From: Isurus oxyrinchus
Taxonomy: Eukaryota
NCBI GenBank assembly: GCA_026770705.1
Contig: JANJGN010000301.1
Span: forward strand, 310,001-374,000
Length of the DNA stretch: 64,000 nt
Direction: 5' to 3'
In this document: in pieces, positions 35,137 through 47,840 of the stretch
Numbering within the stretch: position 1 is the first letter of the stretch
Layout: every line of letters begins with the position of its first letter
Made by a program: the position numbers and the translations under genes
Notes under the pieces: model-generated
Seen by the model: only the letters and a program-made list of their open reading frames with translations
What the model was told of the DNA's origin: nothing
Databases searched by the model: none

Positions 35137-35555
35137 ATGTCGCATTATTCATATTATTGTTGCTATTTTTCGTGTTCCTCAGTGGGTCTATATTCAAATA
35201 ATCAGGGCATGTATGTGTTTCAACGGTTATATTTATACCCAGACGATTCACTCATTTTAAAGTTGTGTAACAGGACAGAATGGGACCCCCAAAATCCGCC
35301 TTAAGTAATGTTTCAGGAAAGGCAGATCTTTATTTTGAGCTGCAGTTAATCGAAAACTGATTCAACCCTGTTCTGGTACATCCAGTATCCGGGGAAGTTC
35401 CGAGATATTTACTGAAGACATAGAGCACGCAGATTGAACGTAAGCCTCCAGGTTTGCCAGACCGTTTACCTGTCGTTTTGCACAAGAGGCAACACTTGTG
35501 GAATAATATTTGTGGATTTCGACTCGCAGATATGCGAGAAATAAGACTCACAGGC
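35137..35555 (+). pseudogene. TCR V pseudogene (V17, plus strand; V11-like family); last V seen in the window
   Basis: QNPP*VMFQERQIFILSCS*SKTDSTLFWYIQYPG/EVPRYLLKT*STQIERKPPGLPDRL... Heptamer relic CACAGGC, no nonamer. Confidence 0.75.
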
Positions 35556-36099
35556 CAACTTCCCATCCATTTAATTTTAGCCCTTCCCTGTCCTGCCCAT
35601 GCCTGCCTGTAACATTGAGCAGCCCTTTCCTCCTCTATCAGTTTCTGACAGCCTTTGACGGCGGCCTCTTCTCAGCGTTTATTTGATGAGTGTCTTTCTA
35701 GAACAGAGACAATCCACACATAATGAACAGATTTCACAAGGTGCTGACTTTGACCTTTCAAGCCCCAAGCACAGAGCCCTTCACTGCCCCGAACCCCTCA
35801 GAATGCCTCTTCCTCCTGGAATGTTTTTCATTAAAAATCCTGCTCGTTCTGGTTACTCTTGCAAACGTTATAATAAGTATTATTATTTCTAACGTATTTG
35901 AAATTAATGCCTATATTTGAAATTCATGGTTTTATCCCTTTTGAAAATGAAGCTCCTGAACATTTTTCTCAGTTGGTAGCTCACATCTGCAGTGATTCCC
36001 GTGGGCATGTCCTTTTACTGTCCTCTGGTGGTGACTACGTGTAACGACGAAACACACCTCCTGCTTAGTGGAAAAGCAAACAAAAAAACTTTTTTAAAG

Positions 36100-37490
36100 T
36101 TATAGATCCAAGGTGAGGATGGTGAGTGGCTTAGAGGAATATTTGCAGGTGGTGGTATTCCCTTGTAGCTGCTGTCCTTCCCTTACAGATGGTAGAAGTC
36201 GCTGATTTGGAAAGTGCTGCCACAAGGGAGTTTTTGAGTTCCTGAAGTGCACTTTGCAGCTGGTGCACACTGCTGCTATTTTGCATAGTTGGTGGAGGGA
36301 ATGAATGCTTAAGGTGTGCCAGTCAAGCGCGCTGCTTTTTCCTGGATGGCATCGAGATTCTTGTGAATTGTTGGAGTTGCATTCAACCAGCAAGTGGAAA
36401 ATATTCCATCACAGTGTTGATTTGTGCTTTATTGATAGTGGATACGCTTAGAGGAGTCAGGAAGAGAGTTACACACTGAATACTCCTAGTCTCTGACCTG
36501 CCCATGTATAAAAATATTTCTACACTTTCTAGTTCAGTTGCTGGTCAATTGTAACCCTAGAATGCTGATAAAGAGGAATTCAGCAATGCAAGTGAATGCC
36601 AACGGGTGGGGGGGGGGGGGGGGGGGGGGAGTTGGTGGGGGGGCGGGGAGGGTGTATTGTGGCTAGGCTTCCTCTTGTTGGAGACGGTCGCCGTCTGACA
36701 CTTGTATGGCGGGAATGTTACTTGCCACTTATCATCCCAAGCCTTAATGTTGAGTGCAGGCCTGGTTGTATATGGACACAGCCCGTTTCAATATGTGAAG
36801 AGTTAACAATGGTGTTGAATATGGTACAGTCATCGGCGATCATCCACACTTCTGGAGGGAAGGTAATTGATGAAGCAGCTGAAGGTGCTTGTGTGCAGAA
36901 CACTATCCCATGGAACTCCTGCAGTAATGTCCTGGAGCTGAGAAAACTGACCTCCAACAACCAGAACCATCTTCCTTTGTGCTAGGTATAACTGCAGCCA
37001 GTGAATTAAATTTCCCTGACTCCAAATGACCTCAATATGATTAAGGCTCCGTGATGCCACAGTCTGTAAAAGGTCTGCTTCATGTCAAGGCCATGTTTAG
37101 CGCACTTCTGGAATTAAGCTCTTTTGTCGTAGTTTAGGCGTTGAGATCCGAAGCCAAGTGGTCCTAACAGAACCAAAACGGAGCACTGTTGGGCAGGTCA
37201 GTGATGAGTAAGTAGCTCCTGACAGCACGACTGCCTACCCCACACTCCGTTCTGCAGATTATCGAAGCATGGTGCTTGGCAACAATTTGGTAAACCCCGT
37301 ATCTCCTGCCTTTATCTGCCCTCTACATATCTGGGGAAGCATTAACGAAGTCGGGTAGACGCCAGTGATGTCGGTGCATTGGGGCAAATTGGCTAGGGAA
37401 CGCCCAGTTCTGGAGCACCAGGCTTCAGAACGCCAATAGGGTTGCTTTTGGGTCTCATAGCCTTTACGGTGTCCAGTGCACTCGGTCACT
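36100..37490 (-). mobile_element. Decayed LINE RT region (CR1/L2 group)
   Basis: QDITAGVP...FSCFINYLPS and MIADDCTIF motifs; related fragments at 18.4-18.57, 52.1-53.35 and 58.1-58.74 kb. Confidence 0.75.
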
Positions 37491-40400
37491 CTTTAGGCAC
37501 TTGTATCTCCAAGGCTCATTCATAGGACCCAGATTATCCCTTTTTAGAAAATAATTCATCTTTCTTAGAGCCAATGTGCAAGACCTCACACTTCCCACCT
37601 TAAGCTCCAGCTGACCCAGACCAAACCACTTACTTAATCTGTCAATAATGATTTTTTTTCAATTTCTACTCTGGCGTTCACTATTGACTATACCACTTGC
37701 CTTAGCAACATTAGCAAATTTTAGATACAACTCTAAATTCCTTCAGGTATTGATATAATTAAAAACTGATACACTATGATTGATTTACAGCTGACGCCAA
37801 TTTGAGTACCGACCTACACTCTGTTTCCTACTTCCTACCAAATGCCGTATCTAAAGCAGTGGGTTGACTCCAATCCCATGCGTGCTCATTTTAATTAACA
37901 GTTTCATATGTGGAATCGTGTTAACTGCCACCCGGGAGTCCTTATAAGCAGAGCCGGTAGGCAGCCCCTTATATATCATGCTGATTACCGCCTCCACGTT
38001 TCAACTAGGCTCGTGTAAATCCGAGTTGACCATTTCTGATCAGCTCCTATCTGTCCAAGTGCTCAGTCATTCTATCCATAACAACAGGTTCTACGAACTT
38101 ACTCATGACAAACTCTCGAGTAATAGGTCTACATTTTCCTCATTTAACTTTCTTATACTTCCCAAATAGTGGCGTGACGTTGGAAATTTTCCAATTGATT
38201 GGGTTAGTTGCACAATGGAAAGAGTTTTGGAACATCGTGACGACTGCATCAAAACTTCCTCACCTACCACTTTGGAACATTGAGATGGAAACTGTCCTGT
38301 TCTGAAATCTGTTCTATCACTAATACATTTACTTCAATTAATTCACTCCTTTGATGTATTTATTTTTCTTCGTATCTCTTTTATGTTTTCCCGATCCACT
38401 TCTATCTAGAGAGATATCACAAAATAGCTGTCCGGTATGACTCACAATCCCTCAATTCTAAATGCAAATCACTTTTGACCCTCAATAATGGATCAATTTT
38501 ACTCCTTGCCGCCTTCTCCCTTTTAACATAGTTGTACAAACATTTAGTCTTGTCCTTCATATCCCGAGTAAGATTTATCTCGATAGGGGCACAAACAGAC
38601 AGGGAGATTTGTCCTTACATGCTTGCGTACATGGATAAATACAGAGGTGGGCGGGGGACAAATGATACGTCGATTCCCTACAGGCAATAACAGGAAAATG
38701 CACAGGGAGACAGTCAGTGACGTTGAATATAAAGCCACCTGTGTTTGCAGTTTGTGTTGAAATTGTGGAAACTGCTCGGAGTCATCATAAGGCAATGGAA
38801 ATCACAGTGTGTATTAACACCTGATGTTCTGCAATGTGAGGATGTAGGTCTGAGTTTGTCGTTACCTTGTAACAATGGTCAGGAGATGGAGGCCTCAATG
38901 TGCATTGACACCTCTCATATGAAAGCATTTTAGGGTATGATGACAGAAGTTGACCCATCGCCTCACTCAGTGCCGAATCAGAGAGGGAGGAGTTTGATGT
39001 TCGCATGGCAAAGACGAGCACGGGGCTGCAGCTCCAGACTATAAACGGCCGCTGGCACCATCAGCTGCTTCTACCGATTGGGAGGCAGGTGAAGGATGAA
39101 CTGAAACCTTTTCTTCACAGAAATGACAAGATAGCCAGGAGATGATATCCACAAGCCATTGACAGAGCCCCCAAATAAACCCTGCTAATTACCTATTAAT
39201 AATAAGATGAGAAAACAGTGTGAAACGAGAGCCGAGTGAATAACCTTAAAGTGGGGACTGTATTATTTTACATGTTCCTGGTATATTTCTCCCCTGGCCC
39301 GACAGTCCCGTTCTACCAGGGGACTAAAATTGGCTCACTGTGTGAAACTCCAGCCGACCTGAATTTGTAAGAGGACAAATTAAAAACGATATTGCTTGCA
39401 TCAGGCACTTAATGGCTATTCGTGTCTCACAGTACCGAAATCCCATTGAGAAAGACTTACAAACCCTGTTTGATGTTTTGTTTAGGATGACACACTCCCA
39501 GTATGTTATTAGGATTGGAAACCACAGGCTGGGTTTATAGACCTGAACTCGCTTTCAACTTCGTTCCATTTGTCCTCTCTCACCGAACATCAGAGGTATA
39601 CGTTTGCTTATGTAATACAGTACCATCACTATCAATTATATTTGCTATGAATTGACATAATTAATTTTGGCTTTGAATAATTTTTCGTACTAATCAACAA
39701 CATTTGAAGAGCAGGGATACGCGAGTAATTACTTACCACATGGAATAAAATAAGATAGCGATGGTAGGTCTGGCAATGTGTTGCTCCTGCGGCATATGGG
39801 AGTTTCTGGACATCAAGGTGATCCGGAGCAGAAACATATGTGGCAAGTGTTTGCAGCTTGAGCAACATCAGATCCGAGTTAAGGAGCTAGAGTCTGAGCT
39901 GCAGACATAGCACCACATCAGGGAGACGGAAAGTTAATTGGACACTTTGCTCCAGGAGGCAGTCACACTCCACAGGTAAGATATTTCGAATTTGGTGTGT
40001 GATCAGGAAGAGGAGGGTATGACCGCAGGTGAGACACGTATGGGGACACTGGGGGTAGCATTGAAGCAACGTCAGCTCCTGAAGTTGTCCAGCAGTAAAG
40101 AGGTTCTTGCAAGCTGTGTGGACGAGAGCAGGGGCTGAAGGGAAGATGAACAAACTGACCACGGCACTATGGCAGAGGGAGTCATTCAAGTCGGGGGAGG
40201 AAATAGGAACGTAGCAGTGATAGTGGACAGTACATTTAGGGGAATTGATAAAAATCCCTGCAGCCGTGAACGTGAGTCCCGAGGGCTTTGTTGCCTGCCA
40301 GGTGCCAGGCTGAAGGACATCTCCTCAGGGCTGCAGAGGAACTTGGGAGTGGGATGGGAGGGATCCAGTTGTCGTTGTCCACATTGGTTCCCACGACGAT

Positions 40401-40779
40401 GATAGGACTGGAAAAGAGATTCTGCTGAAAGAATTTGAACAGTTAGCAGCTAAGTTAAAAAGCAGAACCTCCAAGGTTATAATCTCGGGATTGCTACATG
40501 AACCACAGGCAAACTGACATAGAGTAAATAAAGTCGAGGATTTAAATACGTGGCTCAGAGATTGGTGTGAGGGGAAAAGGGTCCCATTCATGGGGCACTG
40601 GTATCAGTATTGGGGTAGAAGGGAGCTGTTCCGATGCGATGGACATCCCTTTAACTATGCGGGGTCTAATGTCCTGACGAATCAAATACCTAGGGCTGTA
40701 TAGAGGGCTTTAATCTAATTAGAAGGGCGGGAAGTTGGATGGAGGGTTCTGGAGAGGAGATACGTAAGTTTACAAAGCA

Positions 40780-42200
40780 TTACAAACCCACCGACTCCCA
40801 CAGCTACCTCGACTACAGCTCCTCACACCCCGCTTCCTGTAAGGACTCCATCCCATTCTCCCAGTTCCTTCGCCTTCGTCGCATCTGTTCTGATGATGCT
40901 ACCTTCAAAAACGGTTCCTCTGACATGTCCTCCTTCTTCCTTAACCGAGGTTTTCCACCCACGGTCGTTGACAGGGCCCTCAACCGTGTCCGGCCCATCT
41001 CCCGCGCATCCGCCCTCACGCCTTCTCCTCCCTCCCAGAAACATGATAGGGTCCCCCTTGTCCTCACTTATCACCCCACCAGCCTCCGCATTCAAAGGAT
41101 CATCCTCCACCATTTCCGCCAACTCCAGCATGATGCCACCACCAAACATATCTTCCCTTCACCCCCCTTATCGGCATTCCGTAGGGATCGCTCCCTCCGG
41201 GACACCCTGGTCCACTCCGCCATCACCCCCTACTCCTCAACCCCCTCCTATGGCACCACCCCATGCCCACGCAAAAGATGTAACACCTGCCCCTTCACTT
41301 CCTCTCTCCTCACCGTCCAAGGGCCCAAACATTCCTTTCAAGTGAAGCAGCATTTCACTTGCATTTCCCCCAACTTAGTCTACTGCATTCGTTGCTCCCA
41401 ATGTGGTCTCCTCTACATTGGAGAGACCAAACGTAAACTGGGCGACCGCTTTGCAGAACACCTGCGTTCTGTCCGCAAGAATGACCCAAACCTCCCTGTC
41501 GCTTGCCATTTTAACACTCCACCCTGCTCTCTTGCCCAAATGTCTGTCCTTGGCTTGCTGCATTGTTCCAGTGAAGCCCAACGCAAACTGGAGGAACAAC
41601 ACCTCATCTTCCGACTAGGCACCTTACAGCCTTCCGGTCTGAATATTGAATTCAACAACTTTAGGTCGTGAGCTCCCTCCCCCATCCACACCCCCTTTCT
41701 GTTTCCCCCTTTTTCCCCTTTTTTTTCCCTATAAATTATATAGATTTTTCTTTTCCCACCTATTTCCATTATTTTTAAATATTTTAAAATCTTTTATGCT
41801 CCCCCCACCCCCACTAGAGCTGTACCTTGAGTGCCCTACCATCCATTCTTAATTAGCACATCCGTTTAGATAATATCACCAACTTTAACTTTAACACCTA
41901 TGTGTTCTTTTGTACCATTGTCACTGACATCTTTTGATGATCTGCTTCTATCACTGCTTGTTTGTCTACACAACCCACCTCTCTCTCTCTATCTCTCCGC
42001 CCCCCCACACACACACCTTAAACCAGCTTATATTTCAACTCTTTCTTGGACTCGAAATCAAGTTCTGTCGAAGGGTCATGAGGACTCGAAACGTCAACTC
42101 TTTTCTTCTCCACCGATGCTGCCAGACCTGCTGAGTTTTTCCAGGTAATTCTGTTTTTGTTTTGGATTTCCAGCATCCGCAGTTTTTTTGTTTTTATCTC
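40780..42200 (+). mobile_element. 5'-truncated Penelope-like retroelement (RT thumb + GIY-YIG endonuclease + pseudo-LTR) with a perfect 15-bp TSD
   Basis: Open frame to 41671: YKPTDSHSYLDYSSSHP...NLVYCIRCSQCGLLYIGETKRKLGDRFAEH...GLNIEF. TSD taagtttacaaagca at 40765-40779 and 42201-42215. Confidence 0.95.
42061..42099 (+). ncRNA. Minimal hammerhead-ribozyme-like motif (PLE type)
   Basis: Identical to 31818-31856. Confidence 0.65.
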
Positions 42201-45200
42201 TAAGTTTACAAAGCAAATGGATATGGCGGTATTGCAGGGTAGCTACTTAGGTAATGATACCCAGAGTGTGGAAGGAAGGGACAGAGTATACAAACATTAA
42301 AAAAAAGCAGCAAGTAGGATCAAAGGGGGAAAAAGTGGTACAAAGGCACAATCAATGGCTCTTACTTAAACGCACATACTAATTGGAACATAATAAATGA
42401 ATTCAGGGCACAAATAGATATTATGATCTTATAGCCATTACAGAGACGTTGTTAAAAGGAGATCAAAGCTGGGAAATAAATATTCAGGGGAATGGGACTT
42501 TTCGTATGAACAGGCAGGAGGAAAGGGCGGGGGGTGGTGGGGTGGGAGTATAGGTTTGTTAGTGCGAGATGGAATAAGTACGACAGCTAGAAATTATCTT
42601 AGATTGGAAGACATGGAATCCATATGGGTTGGGGTAAGAAATAACAAGGGGAAGAAGACACTGGTGTGAGTAGTCTATAGGCCCCCTAATAGTAACTATG
42701 CTATTGGACAGAGAATTAACCAGGCAATAATGAGGGCATGTAAAAAAAGGCAGTATATTGATCATGAGTGACATAAATCTCCTTGTAAATTGGGAAAATC
42801 AAATTAGCAAAGGTCGCCACGAGGAAGAGTTCGTAGAGTGTATACAGGACAGTTTCTTAGAACAATATGTTGTGGGTCAAACCAAGGATCAGGCTATTTT
42901 GGATCTGGTAATGTGTAATGAGGCAGGTTTAATAAATGATCTCAGAGTAAAAGATCCGCTAGGAAACAGTGACCATAACGTGGTGGAACTTAGCATTCAG
43001 TTTGGGAGCGAGAAACTTAGTTCAGAACATCTGTGCTAATCTTAAATAAGGGTAATTACAAAGAAATGAGGGCAGAGTTGGCTGGAGTAGACGGGGAAGG
43101 AGTTTAGCAGAAAATACGGTTGATGAACAATGGCAGACATTAAGGATATAGTGCATGACTCACAATAAAAGTCTATCCCAATGTGGGAGAAGGATTGTAG
43201 GAAGGGAATAAACAAATCATGGTAAACCAAGGAAGTTATGGATTGTTCCAAAGTGAAAGAAAATCATGCAATAAGGCAAAGATTAGTGGTAAGCCAGAGG
43301 ATTGGGAACGTTTTAAAATCCAACAGAAGATGACCAAACAATAATAAAGAGGGAGAAAATAAACTTTGAGGGTAAACTGGCAAGTAATATCAAACGGACA
43401 GTAAGAACTTCTTTAAGTGTATAAAAAGGCCAAAGTCAAAATAAGCCCCTTGAAGAATGAGGCTGGGAAAATAATAATTGCAACCAGGAAATGGCAGAGG
43501 AGTTGAATAAATTTTTTGCATTAGGACGCACTAATAGCATACCAAAAATACGAATTAAACATAGGCAGTAAGGGCAGTAAACACAATACCTATCACTGGA
43601 TAAAAAGTGCTAGGGAAACTAACGGGGCGAAAGGCCTATAATTCACCTAGGCCTGATGGGTTGCATCCTAGGATATTAAAGGAAATAGCTTCAGAGATAG
43701 TGAGTGCACTGGTATTAATCTTCCAAGAGTATTTAGAATCCTGAAAATTCCCAACGGATTGGTAACTTGCCCATGTAACACTTTTATTCAAAAAGGGAGC
43801 GAGACTAAAACATGTAACTATTGGCCAGTTAGCTTAACATCTGTCATTGGGAAAATGTTAGAGTCTATTATAAAGGATGCAATAGCAGAGCATTTAGAAA
43901 TGCATAATCTAATCAAACAGATTCAGCAATGGCTTCATGAAGGGGAAATCATGCCTGACGAATTTATTAGAATTCCTTGAGTTGGTAACAATAAACGTAG
44001 ATAAAGAGAAACCTTTAGACGTAATATATTTGCGTTTCCAAAAGGCATTCGTTCTCACACATAAGGCTACTTAATAAGATAAGAGCCCACGGTGTTCGAG
44101 GCAGTATTTCAGCATGGACAGAGGGCTTGCTAACTAATAGAATACAGAGAGTTGTGATACAGGAGGCATTTTCAGGATGGCAACATGTAACAAGTGGAAT
44201 GCAACAGGGATCAGTGCTAGGGCCACAATTATTTACAATATGTATTCATGACGTGGATGAGGGAAATGGATATACTATCGCCAAGTTTGCAGATGACACA
44301 AAAACAGGTGGGAAGCAAGAGTTAAGGATATCACAAATAGTCTACACAGGGATACAGACAGATTAAGTGATTGGGCAAAAACGTGGCAGATGGAATATCA
44401 TGTTGCAAAATGTGAGGCTATGCACTTTGGCAGGAAGAATAAATGAGCTGAATATTATTTAAATGGAGAAAGACTGAAGGAAGCTGCAGCACTGAGGGGT
44501 TTGGGTATCCTTGTGCAGGAATCCCAAAACCTAGTGTGCAAGTTCAGCAGGGAACGCAAATGGAATGTTGGCCATTATTTCAAAATGAATGGAATATAAA
44601 AATAGGGAAGTCTTGCTAAAACTATACAAGACATTAGTTAGACCACAGCTAGGATACTGTGAACAATTTTGGCCTCCTTATCTAAGGAAAGATATATCGG
44701 CATTGGAAGCAGTCCAGAGAAGGTTCACTGGGTTGATTCCGGGGATGGGGGTATTTTCTTCTGAGAAAATGTTAAGTCATTTGGTCCTGCACTCATTAGA
44801 GCTTAGAAGAATGAGAGGCGACCTTATTGAAACATGTAACATTCTCGGAGGTCTTGACAGGGAAGATGCAGAGAGGTTTTTTTTTCCCCTTGGTGGTGAG
44901 TCTATGGCCAGAGGACATAAACTCAGAGTAAGGGGACGCCTACTTAAAACAGAGATGTCGAAGAATTTCTTCTCTCAGAGGGTAGTGAATCTATGGAATT
45001 CCTAACCACAGAACGCTGAGGAGGCTGGGCCGTTAATTATATTCAAGGCTGAGATGGACAGATTTTTAATCAGTAAGCGAATCAAGAGTTATGGGGAAAC
45101 GGCAGGAAAGTGGATTTGAGGATTATCAGATCATCCACGATATCATTGAATGGCGGAACAGACTCGATGGGCCGAATGGCCTTTTTCTGCCCCCACGCCT

Positions 45201-46184
45201 TATGGTCTTATTAATATTGCATTTGTCATGTCAAATCAATAATTGAACCATATGACGCATTGTACACTGAACAACATTTACAACGCTGGAAAGTTCCTCT
45301 GAAGCTGATGGGCTTATGGTATTTTCAAGTTCTTTAAAGTCTTAGATTTTATTTTTGCCAGTTTCTCCTCCGCTGCTGTTGTCACAAGAAGGCAAGGTGA
45401 AGTCACAGAAATTCCCCATTTATTATTCCCCCAATATCGAGCCTGGAACATCAAATGCTGGGTAGCTATTTTGCACTGTGCTATCTGTGGATGCAGTTAG
45501 TTAGCTAGCTAGACGGAGATATTCAGTGGATGATATAAATGTTAGTAGGTAACGAGAAAAATCGATGCATCAACTAAACACATAGAAGGAAAGGTAGCAA
45601 AGGTGGAGTTACATTAAAAAGTTAACAAAAACACTATTGGCTGTACAGGGGGTCAGAGAGTACAATATACAAACAGGTCGATAACTAAAATGATGAGAGT
45701 AAAATGAATATTTAGGAATGAAAGATACATGTAAAAATACGAGTAACAGAAAATACTCGTTAATGATTGCACAGCGCACAAGATGAAGATATTTTAATTT
45801 CTATAGCTTCGCCTCAGTTGAAAATTCTGGTTCAAATTAAATTTAGTCAGGATGTCACAACTGCTGACTGGTGTGGTAAAAATATGAAAATACATTATCC
45901 AGTGTAAGTTCAGACTCAATATAAGATTCAGTTCTCTAACACGCTGATCCCATTTCACTCGGTCACGTTTGGTGAAGCGCAGTTCCCAAACTCCAGATAC
46001 CCAATAGATTCCCGTGGTGCCAGCAAAGAAAATTGCAGAAATTAGCGAAGAAACAGAATCCCGCAAAAAGACAGATATGATCAAAGTGTTTTTTAGAAGT
46101 ACTAAAAATTATGTTAGCCTACATCTTAGCGAGTATCTGTCTCTGTATCTGTCTAATTGGTTTCTTCTAAGTCCTCTCCTAAAC

Positions 46185-46520
46185 AGGGGTGTCTCTCACT
46201 TCCCATTCCCCTCGGGACATACTGTACACAGACTGGTGTCTCTCAGTCCCGCTCCCTCAGGGAAACATCTGTACGCTGACTGGTGTCTCTCAGTTCCAGA
46301 TTCCCAGGGTGATATCTGTACAATGACTGGTGTCTCTCAGTCCCCTCTCTCTCAGGGAGATATCTGTACACTGACCACTGTCTCACAGCATCCTCTCTCT
46401 CAGGGAGATATCTGTACATGAACTGCTATCTCTCAGCCCCCTCTCTTGGGGGTGTTATCCGTGGACTGGCTGGTGTCTGTCTGCCTATCTCACTCAGTGA
46501 GGTATATGAACAAGGAGTGA
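46185..46520 (+). repeat. ~47-bp minisatellite
   Basis: Unit approximately gactggtgtctctcagtcccctctctcagggagatatctgtacact; units start at 46231, 46278, 46325 and 46373. Confidence 0.85.
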
Positions 46521-47089
46521 CATCTCTTATGGTGAAGTTCTGTTAAAACTCGACATAGCATTGCTTCGCAGAATAGGGTACAGCAGAACATTAATGGAAC
46601 CTCATTCATCCCCAGAGCCCATTCCCTGTTTTTTTAACTTTATACTTCCCTATTGTAACTCTCTTCTGTTCTCATTCCTGTTTTCCACACTAGGTCCCCA
46701 CTCCCGTTCACATTCATTGCTTTGCTGCTCGTACTCTATGCAACCGCCCCTATTCTCTACTCCTGATCCCTGTACTTTACCCACCTTCACCATTTTCTAT
46801 TCCCCGGGTTCCTGCACTCTGCTAACCCTTACACAGTTACTGCTCGCCAATTCCAATTGTCTGCTCAACATTTCCTGTCTCTACCCATCCATCTTCGCTC
46901 TTTACTTACCCATCCCTACTCTCTCTCACTGATCGTGAAGTTTGCCCCCATTCAACCTGACCATGTCCCTTCTAAAGGTGTAATTTCCCAACTTTTTTTC
47001 ATTTACCCCCATTCGGCAGGTTTGCATTGTAATTTGATGTGATTCTATTATTATCTATGGACCATGCTGACATCTGGGAATGCCAACAT

Positions 47090-47600
47090 GGACTTACAGA
47101 TGAAGCTGTTCCATCTGCAGCCATTGTGTTAACTCGCAGCAAATCCAATACTTCTATCACTCCTGTGTTCCCTGACCTACATTCGTTCACGTTCAAACAA
47201 CATCTTGATTTTAAAATGCACAGCATTATTTTCAAATCCCTCCAGGTCCTGGTCCTTTTCCATCTCTGCAGTCAATTCCAAACCCGCAAGTCTTCGAGTT
47301 ATTAGCTCTCCACTAATTCTGCCTCTTGTGCATCTACAATTATAAATTGCTCTGCCATATGTTACTGTGACATTATGTTCCTTGGCTCAATGCCCTTGAA
47401 TATCGTTCCTGCACTCTTCCATCTCCCTACCAACCTTTCTTTCTTTAAAGCCGTCCTTAAAACCGACCACTTTGACCAAACTTTTGGTCATCTGACCCTG
47501 TATTCCTTAACGCGTCTTGATGTCATATTTAGTTCTATCGAATCACCTTGGAGCTTTTCATTACATTAATTGCGCTATATAAACATACGTTGTTCAGGTT
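47090..47600 (+). mobile_element. L2-like LINE 3' fragment
   Basis: Homologous to 34.35-34.83 kb; another copy at ~50.8-51.47 kb. Confidence 0.6.
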
Positions 47601-47840
47601 ATTGCTTTTGCCGTTATTGTGCAGGGTCAGCTCGATTGCAAGTATAACAGGAATGGAACAATTTTTATGGAGCCGCCCGCTTTCAAGGAGCAACTGTTGG
47701 GGTCCATGAACTTTTGTAGTTCCCGGGATGTGATTGGTGCATGTCCTCTGTATGGCATGGACTCCCATTGTTCCTGCCAACTCTTTCATTGAATGGCATT
47801 CCTGATGTGCATTGTCAGGAAGCTGTAATAATACTCATAA

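Larger units (their letters stand above)
39690..45212 (+). mobile_element. Near full-length decayed CR1-type LINE (ORF1 Zn-finger/leucine zipper + SGNH esterase; ORF2 APE-RT), interrupted by a Penelope element
   Basis: ORF1: CCSCGIW...CGKCLQLE..., VIVDSTFRGID...CCLPGARLKD...VHIG...DG. ORF2: AILDLVMCN...LGNSDHN, YWPVSLTSVIGKMLE, QQGSVLGPQLF, KFADDTK. 3' tail gatgggccgaatggcct...ttatggtctta. Many stops and frameshifts. Confidence 0.9.

Noticed and set aside
1-35555. NAR-TCR, IgH-V or D/J segments in the array
   Set aside because: No 12-RSS-flanked D, FGxG J, or IgH/NAR-type V signature was recognised by eye; a systematic RSS scan could still reveal some.
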